This document shows, one piece after another, positions 26,228 through 35,855 of a stretch of 64,000 nucleotides of DNA. Positions within the stretch are counted from its first letter, which is position 1. Each line of letters begins with the position of its first letter. The notes below the pieces were generated by a model. That model did not search any database and was not told where the DNA came from. It worked only from the letters and a program-made list of their open reading frames with translations. The stretch lies in the sequence record MF498773.1. One strand, given 5' to 3'. The position numbers were made by a program, and so were the translations under genes.

Positions 26228-27210
26228 TGTCAGTGATTTATAGAGCAATGGTTACTAGCGACTTTCGGGTCGCTAACCTTTTAAACTTTTATTCTCTTAT
26301 CGGAGATGGTAATACACAAAATACCCTCTATGCATATTTCGGGAGAAGTGAAGCATGGGCTGATAATGAATCAGACCCAAAATTTGCACCACCATATCCC
26401 GATGATACGTCAGAGGGGTATTCTGATGTTTGGTCTAGAATGCTGGGAGCTGTTAAGATCCAAAAAGAGCTTATTCGTCCAGTAGTGCCCCGTAAGGATT
26501 GGGGGGACCAGAGATATGCAGACCCATACACTTTCCATATCGGTGACATTGTAGTTACCAACTCAGCCCCGTATAATACAACTGAAATTGGATCTGGGTG
26601 GATGGTATATCGTTGTGTTGATGTACCATCAGATGGTATGTGTTCAATTCAAACCATTAAAGACAAGGAAGAGTGTTTGAAAGTTGGTGGTAAATGGACT
26701 CCATCAATATTCAGCATACTCCCGATAGGACGTTCTGATGGCGTAAACATGCAAGATGGTTATATATGGGAATACCTATACACAATACCAACCGACGTTG
26801 CGATAAACGATTGTTCAAATGAATATATCGTAGTACCAACTCCAGATGAACTAAAAACATCTCCTGATGTATGGGGATACCAACACGTTATAACTTGGTA
26901 TCCAAATGATTATAACCTTATTGGTAGAATAAAATGTAATACACTTAGGTTTAGATCATATTTTGATAGTTATAATTTCCCCGCATCAAGTAAAATCGGT
27001 AACACTGGTTTTCGGCAGATGGGGATTATAAATAATCCACTTTTGGTTAAAAATACACCAGCAGATCCGGATGTAAAAGCAACTGCACTCAGTTATGATC
27101 CATCTCAGTTAGAAAGACATAGTGGGAATATTATCTATATGGATAATAGACAACCTGTAATTCGTTCTAGAGATCAAACGGAAGAATTTAACGTGGTGTT
27201 TAGTTTCTGA
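26227..27210 (+). CDS. 8: Baseplate wedge gp8
   Basis: PPYP, PRKDWGD, YIWEYLYTIP, DNRQPVIRS. Confidence 0.97.
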   Translation: MSVIYRAMVTSDFRVANLLNFYSLIGDGNTQNTLYAYFGRSEAWADNESDPKFAPPYPDDTSEGYSDVWSRMLGAVKIQKELIRPVVPRKDWGDQRYADPYTFHIGDIVVTNSAPYNTTEIGSGWMVYRCVDVPSDGMCSIQTIKDKEECLKVGGKWTPSIFSILPIGRSDGVNMQDGYIWEYLYTIPTDVAINDCSNEYIVVPTPDELKTSPDVWGYQHVITWYPNDYNLIGRIKCNTLRFRSYFDSYNFPASSKIGNTGFRQMGIINNPLLVKNTPADPDVKATALSYDPSQLERHSGNIIYMDNRQPVIRSRDQTEEFNVVFSF

Positions 27211-27240
27211 AAAAACCCGACCATTAGGTCGGGTTTTTTA
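27209..27240 (+). terminator. Terminator after gp8
   Basis: AAAAACCCGACC-ATTA-GGTCGGGTTTTT. Confidence 0.88.
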
Positions 27241-27290
27241 TTTTCTCCTAAATACAAGGGTGAACCCTATAAAATAAAGGATATAAAATA

Positions 27291-28217
27291 ATGTCTGTAC
27301 AAAAGCCTAAAGAGCTAGTTGATACTGGCGTCCGTGGTCAAGAAGGAACCGGTGATACCCTTCATGACGGCGGCTTAAAATTAAACCAAGATATAAACAG
27401 TATTTGGAACGTGTTCGGGGACTACAGAATTGGTAAGACTTCTGGTTTTGGTAATCGCGTTCAGACCCTCCATGGTACTGGATATTATCAAAAACACACT
27501 CGGGCATACTATGCAGGGGCAGAACAGCCGTCTGGCAACCCAGTAGAATTTGGTTCTATGCACGACCTATCTGTTATCAGAGACGGTACAGGAGACCTTA
27601 CTATAACTCTCCCTCAAGGTAGTGGTCATGGTGGGGAATGTATAGAATTCGTCAATACAGACGGTTCTGTGGGGTTTGGTGCTGGTAAAGAAGTGATTAT
27701 TCGGACTAGTGGTTCTGGTGATACCATCGGGGCTAGTGGGAATAGATTGGTTGTAAACCGTTCCAATTTCAAATTAACCCTATGGGTAGCAGAAGCAAGT
27801 CCAGCAGGTTCGAAATGGAATTATAAGCTTGAATCGATTTATGGTGACTCTGCAACTTCATATAGCGCCACTATTACTGGGATCGCGGTTGGTGCTGACC
27901 GAAACGTGGTTTTGTTTAGTAAGCCACAATTCAACGCGGTTAAACACATGATCTTTGTTACTCAACGTGGCGTTGGTGCCCTTCAAGAATCATGCGAAAC
28001 TTTACTGATGGTAAATAATACCAGTACCGCAGATACAAAAGTTTATTCTACTGAATACGCTAGACTGCGAACCAAAACACCAGATAAAGCGGAAGAAAAC
28101 CTTTTATTTGAAGCTTCTTATAGCATCACAGGTAATTCTGTTTTACTGACCATAAAAAACATTAGTCAGTCAACGATAGACGTATATATAAAATCTATCG
28201 ATGCAATTGGGGCATAA
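27291..28217 (+). CDS. 9: Long-tail-fiber connector gp9
   Basis: GTGDTLHDGGLKLN, HGTGYYQKH. Confidence 0.95.
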   Translation: MSVQKPKELVDTGVRGQEGTGDTLHDGGLKLNQDINSIWNVFGDYRIGKTSGFGNRVQTLHGTGYYQKHTRAYYAGAEQPSGNPVEFGSMHDLSVIRDGTGDLTITLPQGSGHGGECIEFVNTDGSVGFGAGKEVIIRTSGSGDTIGASGNRLVVNRSNFKLTLWVAEASPAGSKWNYKLESIYGDSATSYSATITGIAVGADRNVVLFSKPQFNAVKHMIFVTQRGVGALQESCETLLMVNNTSTADTKVYSTEYARLRTKTPDKAEENLLFEASYSITGNSVLLTIKNISQSTIDVYIKSIDAIGA

Positions 28218-28219
28218 AA

Positions 28220-30358
28220 ATGAAACAGCAAATTATTATTGGTAATCGTGTTGATGACGGAACCGGTGATTACCTTAGAAAAGGTGGTCAGAAGACAAAC
28301 GACAACTTTAATGAACTTTACTACAACTTGGGGGATGGTAACATTCCTCATGCTGCTGGTGCATGGAAACCATATAGCGACCACACAAAAACTCTATCGG
28401 CTATTATGGGTCAGGCGTGGGTAATTAATACAACAACCGGTCGTATTACTGTCAATCTTCCGAGTGGAACACCAGCCGATTATGGTAAGGTTATTCGTGT
28501 TCGTGATGTAATGGGAACTTGGGGTGGAAACCCAGTAATTCTTGTTCCCGGTGGATTTAATACCATCAAAGGGTCTTCTGGTACACACAGATTAGAAAAC
28601 AATTTCATGGACGTTGAGCTTGTATATTGCTCTCCCGGTAACTGGGATTATGTACCAAGTAAATATGTTGGTGAAATTAGATCCAACGACATAGCAACTG
28701 TTGCCAAAAAAGAATTTATTGCCACCGAAGGTCAAACCGATTTTCAAAATATATTCTCGTCTGGTTATAACAGAAACTCGATTAACGTATATAAGCGCGG
28801 TAACATTCTTTATTACGGTCAGGAATACGGTCCCGAATCAAACTATGGGTCTATTGTTCAAAAGACTGTTGCAGACCCAGCCAAGATTGATATTAACCCG
28901 GTACAAATCGATAGCGATAGGTGGGGTACTATTGTTGGTAAGGGAACTAGATTTGGAACAGTTGAAGGGAATACTATAGTATCCTTTTATTCCAAAGAGT
29001 CTGATAAAAAGACATACATAAAATTTGACCTTAATAAGAAACCACTTAACGAAGACCGTTTGGTTTGTGTTTATAACGATAAAACATACCTAATGAAATT
29101 CGATAAGCTGACCAGCGAATATGTTTCTGTGAATGAAACCCCTGACATTCTAGCTCAAATGAAAATAGCGTCAAAATTTTCATATTATGTTGGTGTTAGC
29201 AAAATAACAGACCTTGATGGATATACCATTAAGCTAGAAAAGCCCTGCGAAGCTGGTGATGTTGTTGTTATCGAAACTTTTTTAGACGGTTTGGCTACAT
29301 ATAGAAGTTCTTACGAAACTGCAACGATCCGGGTTTATTCCGACCAATATGTTCCTGTAGATTATGTTTCTGAAACAGGGCGTCGGTTTGTTGGGGATCT
29401 GTCTTCTAAATTTAGATTTAACCTTTCCGAATTTGGCTTCCAACCAAGTGAGACTTTTAACCCAAAAACTCTAGAGATGATTGTCAATGGTCGTCAATTG
29501 GTTAAATCTGGACAGGGTGATATACCGTTTTTTACTTGTGAGGGTGCGGATAGCTTAACTCAAGAATCTTGTATTTCTAATGGTGGTGTTTGGGTTCCTA
29601 CTGGTGTTGATTTTGGACCTATCGAAGATGAGAACGGTTATATGCGTGATATTGTGGTGAACGAACCGTTCAACCATGAAGACGTTATTACGATTCGTTG
29701 GTTTAACAATGATATTGGTTCGTTGCTTGAACTTGACGATATTATCAAAGAGACAGACAAAAAGTATATCAATACTGTTCCTGTTACTTTGACCGGGAAA
29801 ATTAGATATTCTGATCCTTTCAATCCAACCCCAAAGACAGTACAACCAGACCCTAACGATCTTGTCAACGTTCCAGCAAACTCTATTGCGATGTTGTTTG
29901 ATATGTTTTATCCGGTTGGTACTATCTATGAAAATGCACACAACCCAAACAACCCAGCAACCTATATGGGGATTGGTACTTGGGTTCGTTGGGCAGAGGG
30001 TAAGGTTGTTGCTGGGTGGAATAGTCAGAATCCAAACGACCCGATATACGGTCTGAATAACCAAGATTTGGATATTAACGGACAACCAAGACACAGTGCT
30101 GGTAGTATTTTTGGTGAAAACGACATAACCCTTTCTGTTGATAATACACCCGGAACAAAAAGTACTGAAAAGGCTCTTATTTCTGATCCGAATGGTGATG
30201 TTCTTGTTGGTGGATGTCAATACGATCCAGACGAAAGTGGACCGGGTTATAAGAAATATAGAGAGGATTATGTCTATACCAGACCAAACGAAACAGTAAA
30301 CCCGTTCTCTGTAATCCAACCTACAACCACCGCCCATAGATGGCTAAGGGTAGAATAA
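28220..30358 (+). CDS. 10: Baseplate wedge / tail pin gp10 (712 aa)
   Basis: MKQQIIIGNRVDDGTGDYLRKGG, YPVGTIYEN, RWLRVE. Confidence 0.97.
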   Translation: MKQQIIIGNRVDDGTGDYLRKGGQKTNDNFNELYYNLGDGNIPHAAGAWKPYSDHTKTLSAIMGQAWVINTTTGRITVNLPSGTPADYGKVIRVRDVMGTWGGNPVILVPGGFNTIKGSSGTHRLENNFMDVELVYCSPGNWDYVPSKYVGEIRSNDIATVAKKEFIATEGQTDFQNIFSSGYNRNSINVYKRGNILYYGQEYGPESNYGSIVQKTVADPAKIDINPVQIDSDRWGTIVGKGTRFGTVEGNTIVSFYSKESDKKTYIKFDLNKKPLNEDRLVCVYNDKTYLMKFDKLTSEYVSVNETPDILAQMKIASKFSYYVGVSKITDLDGYTIKLEKPCEAGDVVVIETFLDGLATYRSSYETATIRVYSDQYVPVDYVSETGRRFVGDLSSKFRFNLSEFGFQPSETFNPKTLEMIVNGRQLVKSGQGDIPFFTCEGADSLTQESCISNGGVWVPTGVDFGPIEDENGYMRDIVVNEPFNHEDVITIRWFNNDIGSLLELDDIIKETDKKYINTVPVTLTGKIRYSDPFNPTPKTVQPDPNDLVNVPANSIAMLFDMFYPVGTIYENAHNPNNPATYMGIGTWVRWAEGKVVAGWNSQNPNDPIYGLNNQDLDINGQPRHSAGSIFGENDITLSVDNTPGTKSTEKALISDPNGDVLVGGCQYDPDESGPGYKKYREDYVYTRPNETVNPFSVIQPTTTAHRWLRVE

Positions 30359-31329
30359 TGATAAGTATTTTTCAACAACCAAGAAGCCTAACATATTATG
30401 CTGGTAGTTCCTACCAGCTTTCTATCTTAGCAAGTACAAACAACGTAGATGCAGAACTTAGATATTCTTGGGAATCTTCCGTAGATAGCAATACTTGGAC
30501 CGCCGTTGTTGATGCGAGTGCGGCAACTGATAATCTAAGAGTTCTTCCATCAAACGCATCATATAATCATGGTTATTTCAGATGTCGTGTTAAAGAAGTT
30601 AATTCCACATCAGGTGCGGAACTAAGTTCTTTGGATTCGTCTGTTGTAACAGTGACTATGTTTGACGGTAGAACAAACACAGATATGACTAGAAGTCGAA
30701 TGGCTTCTATGATCAAGAGTAGAAAAGCATCAGACCATGAGTTTAATGGAGATTCGACATTAGAGACATTATCTGTTGTTGGTGGCATCGGTAACCTAAC
30801 AATCCAAGATGCAAGAAGTCATAACAAGTTCAAGACAGTTGAAAACGCAATTTCAGACGCTGCATATGTTGGAAGACTTAATAAAGGTTCTGTTATTATA
30901 AATATAGATAATACGGACCCTAGCGGAAAACCACAAATCGATACATTAACCTTTTCTGGTGCTATTTCCTCTCCAATTTCCGGTATGCCTGTTGTTCTTG
31001 ATGTATTTGGTACTCGAATTGAAGTTGCAGATGGTGTAAGTCCAACATTTGTTAGAGATAAAGTATTTGACTTACTTAAACAATTTGAAGTAGATGGTTT
31101 ATATGTGAGGGATGTTACTAAACTTTCTAGTGATTCTATAAACTTCACATACCGTGACCTTAGAGACCACACACCAGAACCATGGTCGGAATATGGGATG
31201 ACCGTTGATTGGGTTGTTGGTTCTCCTGCATCTTATGGTTACGGATATTGGGAAATGTTCTTTAAAGAAGATAAAGTCGCAATTGATACTACAGTAACAA
31301 CACTTTATTACTGGAAAAGGATTGGTTAA
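30358..31329 (+). CDS. 11: gp11 short-tail-fiber connector with N-terminal Ig-like domain
   Basis: C-terminal YGYGYW...LYYWKRIG; N-terminal QQPRSLT...YSWE...GYFRCRV. Confidence 0.9.
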   Translation: MISIFQQPRSLTYYAGSSYQLSILASTNNVDAELRYSWESSVDSNTWTAVVDASAATDNLRVLPSNASYNHGYFRCRVKEVNSTSGAELSSLDSSVVTVTMFDGRTNTDMTRSRMASMIKSRKASDHEFNGDSTLETLSVVGGIGNLTIQDARSHNKFKTVENAISDAAYVGRLNKGSVIINIDNTDPSGKPQIDTLTFSGAISSPISGMPVVLDVFGTRIEVADGVSPTFVRDKVFDLLKQFEVDGLYVRDVTKLSSDSINFTYRDLRDHTPEPWSEYGMTVDWVVGSPASYGYGYWEMFFKEDKVAIDTTVTTLYYWKRIG

Positions 31330-31331
31330 AA

Positions 31332-32684
31332 ATGATTAATAATACAGAACAACATATTAGTTCTAAAGCTGTTGATGTGGTGCTAGATCCTAGCACCACT
31401 AATTTCCCAGCAACAACTAATGATGTACAAAAAATGGCTGAACTCATACAACCCCATGCAATTGGAAGGTATGAGGATATGAAAGCAACCGAGACCAAAA
31501 TGGGTATTCTTCGGATCGCAACAGAATCGGAAGTGTTGGCGGGAACAGTATCTGATGCAATCGTTACTCCAAAGACTCTACAAGCCAAGTGGGTGCGCCC
31601 AGATGCGTCGGAGACAGTTAAGGGTCTAGTTAGGTACGCCACTAACGCAGAACGTCTAGAATCGGCTGCCAGCGCCTCTATAGGGATCAATACTATCGGT
31701 CTGTGGGATATGTTTAGAACTAAAGCTATTGGTTCTACCACAAAAGCCGGTACGTTGAAGTTATCCACTATTACTATTGGGCAGCAGGGTACTGATTCAA
31801 CTACGGCAACAAGCCCAGACGTAGTTAAAGCAATGATAGATAAGTTTGCAGTCACTGCAAACTCTGGTGCTACGGAATTGACATCTGGAATAGTTAAAAT
31901 TTCCCCATCCCCAGTAATTAATTCGGCTCTACATAACGGTGTGGCTGTTAGTCCAAAAGGATTTATTGAAACTCGTGCAACTCAATCAAGAGTAGGTACA
32001 GTGAAAATGGCAACACAGGCGGAGTCTAATGCTCGCACGGCAACTGACGTAGCTATTAGTCCGGCAACTTTACCGATTGGTTCATCTACTCAATGGGGTA
32101 TAGTTGCTTTAACTGATACTCCTGTATCCGGTGCAACAAATAAGGCTCTTAGTTCCCATGGTGCAACCAGTTTAGTTAGTAAGAGTGGTGGAACTATGAC
32201 AGGGGCTCTGATTACACCAAATCTGTATCTAACAAACCCCCAAGATGGTTCTCCAAATGCGGCGGTTAGATTTGATTGGGTTTCAAACTCATTACAGGAC
32301 AAACAAAACCAAATAGATAATAAAACTACAAAAGGAAGTGATGTAGTTTTCCGTAGATCTGACAAACAGCTTATATTTAACGCAAGTCCTTATGGTGGAC
32401 TAAAAAGCGGCGATTTTAATATGACACAGCCGTGGTGGAATTTCGATGGGATAATCGTTATTTCTTCTGGTGACGATGGTAGACATATGAAATCTTCTTA
32501 TTTTTCTAAGACTGAGTTGTCAATCCTTCAAAATAATTTCTCGAATGGTTGGTGGATTACCGACACCGATTCTACTTGGTGGGTTGGTAGGTTCAATGCT
32601 AATGGTACATATTTCCATACCGCCGGGGAAAACTGTGTTATATGGCATGTTTGGGGAGTTAATGATGTGTACGCAACTACCTAA
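31332..32684 (+). CDS. 12: Short tail fiber gp12
   Basis: NNTEQHISSKA, repeated AT..G...AT..E fiber motifs. Confidence 0.95.
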   Translation: MINNTEQHISSKAVDVVLDPSTTNFPATTNDVQKMAELIQPHAIGRYEDMKATETKMGILRIATESEVLAGTVSDAIVTPKTLQAKWVRPDASETVKGLVRYATNAERLESAASASIGINTIGLWDMFRTKAIGSTTKAGTLKLSTITIGQQGTDSTTATSPDVVKAMIDKFAVTANSGATELTSGIVKISPSPVINSALHNGVAVSPKGFIETRATQSRVGTVKMATQAESNARTATDVAISPATLPIGSSTQWGIVALTDTPVSGATNKALSSHGATSLVSKSGGTMTGALITPNLYLTNPQDGSPNAAVRFDWVSNSLQDKQNQIDNKTTKGSDVVFRRSDKQLIFNASPYGGLKSGDFNMTQPWWNFDGIIVISSGDDGRHMKSSYFSKTELSILQNNFSNGWWITDTDSTWWVGRFNANGTYFHTAGENCVIWHVWGVNDVYATT

Positions 32685-32718
32685 ATACTAATATATAAAA
32701 CAAATGGGGTAAAAACTA

Positions 32719-35700
32719 ATGGAAATTATTAAACCTGTATTGGATGACCTGAAATATACTTCTGATATGCCTGTTGCTGGTTCTGGTCAAAAACAGGTTG
32801 AATGGATTAAAAATGGTGAGCAACTGCAAGGTGCAGATCCGACTATTGTTGGTGATAAAGGGGGCGTTTTAAACCGCCCCTCTACTCAAATTTCTGCTAA
32901 CGTAGAGACATTGGATAAAAACCAAGAAACAATCCTTTCTAAGATGTCGGAAGTTATCGACAAGGTTAATATTCATGATGATATAATTAATGCTGGTGAC
33001 GGACGAGATTTATATCAACGAGTTGGTGATTTGGAAACAGAAATGGATGTCCATAGTGGGATCCTTGAAGATATCAAAGAAACCGACGTAATCCTCGACG
33101 CAAAAATCCAGTCAATTTCCGATAATATCGGAGTTGGCGATCCATCTCTTAGATTCCGAACTCTCCGAGCAGATGACCTTCATATCAAAAAAATGTTGGG
33201 TAATTATAAGGATTTTGATATCGATGGTGTTCCATCACCCGGTTCACTTTCTTCTGGGGTGAAAGGTCAGATCGAACGTAACTATAACACTGGTGTCAAC
33301 CTTGACGTTCGTGTTACTTCTCTTGAAAAATGGTGGGAAGACTCAACTCCAGCATCTTTAAGGGAAGAAGTTAACCAGATTAGAACCGAACTTGGACAAG
33401 ACCCGGATCCGACTAGGAACATTTATTCTCGTATCGGCGATTTAGAAATGGCCGACGAAACAAATTCACCTTTGGTTCAAGAACTTGTAGAACACACTGG
33501 ATACGGTGAATTCCCTCTCCAATATCTTGATGTACAAACCGATTCTTATCAAACCGTAGGTAATCTATACGATTATTCTTTACATGTCAAGAAAGACGTA
33601 GATTATATTAGTGGTATCGCCAAACAAACCGAGGGTCTGTCTGATGACTTGGCTCGCTCTCTTGGTTCGGCTAGTGATTCCACACTGGATACCACCGCTT
33701 GGGGTAGAATTAATGATCTACGTGTCCGTATGGAGAATAACGAAGGTATTCTGGGGTCTAGTCCTCTGGATGGATTGCAGGGAAAAGTTAAAGAAGTAGA
33801 CCAGAGAGAGAAAGAACATTTCGAAGATCTTGATGGTCGTGTTTCGAGTATATCAACTACTGTTAACGTCGAATATAGAACTTCTATTGAGGATCTACAA
33901 AATACCGTAGGTAATCCAAACACAGGTTTGGTTATCAAGGTAGAAGGGACAAAAAACGTCGCTGACGACGATTACCGTAGAATTGGTTCATATCAAGCAT
34001 CGAAAGATATGTATGAACAGATGTACCGTGATTATAAGAATGGTGCTGGATATATCCCTAACCCAACAGAAACTCGGCTTGGTGCTGTATGGTCGCGAGA
34101 ATATGATGGTGCTAACTGGGTATGGCGAGATTTGTTTACCACTAACTTTGTGGTTGGTGATAACAATAAGATTACCGCCATCGACGGAACCACACTTGTT
34201 TCTTATTCTACTGGTTCTGATGGGAAATATATCCCGACCTTTGGTCATAACGGAACAACCAAACTCCGTATAGTCGGCGACATTATCGGAAATATTTCTC
34301 TTGATACAACCTCTGATATCAGAAAATATGGGAAAACTATTCTTGGCTCTACCGATCAAACTATAAAAGTTGGTCAGAGTGATAAGAATATAGTTATGGT
34401 TGGTAAGGATATCGATTCTTTCAAGTATAACACACCAACCGGTGAATTTGATGTTCTGCATATTGGGAACTACAAAAAATATATCACCGACGTTAACCCA
34501 GAGAATGGATTTACCCTAAACCAGAATGCGGTAATTGGTTATGCAGGCGCAGATGTTATTAAATTAGATAACACTACAATAAATATTGGTTCTGCTAATA
34601 CAAACCTCGCATTTAAGGGAAATGTCAGCGAATTGATTATGGACCAAGACAAAGCGTTTAAGATGAATGTTGGTATGGGTAAACATCTAAACGTGGTCAA
34701 TAACTTTGGTGGAATATTGACATACGGTGATATTGAAACTACTAACGTATTTGCAACGGACCTTTATATTCAAGGTACTGGGGTTGATCGGTTTAAGGTT
34801 TGGCACCAAGGTATGGATGCACCCGCAGATGGTAGTTTTTACGCTCGTAAAAACAACCAATGGATGGTCGTTGAACAGGGTGATTCTGGTACTGGTATTA
34901 TTGGTGATGCACCACAGTCCGGATTGGCATACGCTCGGGTAAATGACGATGGTGTTGGTTTCTGGCAAGCCGTAGGCGAAAGAAATATAACCCTAGCAGA
35001 AAACGTATCTATAATGGCAAAAACCAATAGTGGTACGATTACTGCATTTACCGTTGATTCTGCAACCGTAACAACTCGAATTGGTGGAACTACAGGGAAA
35101 ATAAACCTTCGTGGTACTGTATCCGATTTCAAATTAGAAAGTAAAATTTCTACATCTTATGGTTCTCTTTTAGAAAGTACCCAAACCAAAATAGTGATCG
35201 GCGACACAACCACACCAGTGAATGTATATTCTACTGGGAATCTGTTTGTTGGTGTTGGTTCTGATGCTAAGAAAGTTTGGACCGACGCACATGACGCACC
35301 AAACAACGCGAATTTCTACGCTCGTAAGGGTGGGCAATGGACTCTAATCCATGACGGTATAGACCCGTCTAAGGATGTTTCTGTTGGTGAAACCAGCGAT
35401 TTCATCATTGGTGGATATAACGTAGCCAAGGTGGATACAGTTGGTGTCGATAAGCTAATGGTTATTGGTGATAGTAGAACGTTCATGAAGTTTGACGGTA
35501 AGGTAACTAACCTCAAGCTTGCAGAAGTAGGTGCCAATAATAGTTTCGGTATTACCACACAGGTAAATAATGTCGATAAGAACATAATTAGTATATCGCA
35601 ACCTTCTACAGAAAAGTTTATCGCAATTGGTGACACCGATCTACCGGTTCGTATTACCGCATCTGAGGTAACAATCAATAACGATAAAGTCCTCACAAAG

Positions 35701-35844
35701 GATAGTTTCGAAGCACCAGCAGACGGAAACAAGTACGTAAGACAAGATGGTCAGTGGACAAGAGCGTATTACTACGGTGATTTTGCTACAGACGCACCGA
35801 CCAGTCCTAAAGAAGGTGATGTGTTCTTCGAATTCATCAACTAA
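32719..35844 (+). CDS. wac: Fibritin/Wac, greatly extended (1041 aa) with several foldon motifs
   Basis: GQKQVEWIKNGE, GVLNRP N-terminus, coiled coil, repeated DAP.DG..YARK..QW. Confidence 0.92.
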   Translation: MEIIKPVLDDLKYTSDMPVAGSGQKQVEWIKNGEQLQGADPTIVGDKGGVLNRPSTQISANVETLDKNQETILSKMSEVIDKVNIHDDIINAGDGRDLYQRVGDLETEMDVHSGILEDIKETDVILDAKIQSISDNIGVGDPSLRFRTLRADDLHIKKMLGNYKDFDIDGVPSPGSLSSGVKGQIERNYNTGVNLDVRVTSLEKWWEDSTPASLREEVNQIRTELGQDPDPTRNIYSRIGDLEMADETNSPLVQELVEHTGYGEFPLQYLDVQTDSYQTVGNLYDYSLHVKKDVDYISGIAKQTEGLSDDLARSLGSASDSTLDTTAWGRINDLRVRMENNEGILGSSPLDGLQGKVKEVDQREKEHFEDLDGRVSSISTTVNVEYRTSIEDLQNTVGNPNTGLVIKVEGTKNVADDDYRRIGSYQASKDMYEQMYRDYKNGAGYIPNPTETRLGAVWSREYDGANWVWRDLFTTNFVVGDNNKITAIDGTTLVSYSTGSDGKYIPTFGHNGTTKLRIVGDIIGNISLDTTSDIRKYGKTILGSTDQTIKVGQSDKNIVMVGKDIDSFKYNTPTGEFDVLHIGNYKKYITDVNPENGFTLNQNAVIGYAGADVIKLDNTTINIGSANTNLAFKGNVSELIMDQDKAFKMNVGMGKHLNVVNNFGGILTYGDIETTNVFATDLYIQGTGVDRFKVWHQGMDAPADGSFYARKNNQWMVVEQGDSGTGIIGDAPQSGLAYARVNDDGVGFWQAVGERNITLAENVSIMAKTNSGTITAFTVDSATVTTRIGGTTGKINLRGTVSDFKLESKISTSYGSLLESTQTKIVIGDTTTPVNVYSTGNLFVGVGSDAKKVWTDAHDAPNNANFYARKGGQWTLIHDGIDPSKDVSVGETSDFIIGGYNVAKVDTVGVDKLMVIGDSRTFMKFDGKVTNLKLAEVGANNSFGITTQVNNVDKNIISISQPSTEKFIAIGDTDLPVRITASEVTINNDKVLTKDSFEAPADGNKYVRQDGQWTRAYYYGDFATDAPTSPKEGDVFFEFIN

Positions 35845-35855
35845 AAGGGTTTACG

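Noticed and set aside
29555-30337. 260-aa minus-strand ORF
   Set aside because: Antisense to gp10 with no recognisable motifs
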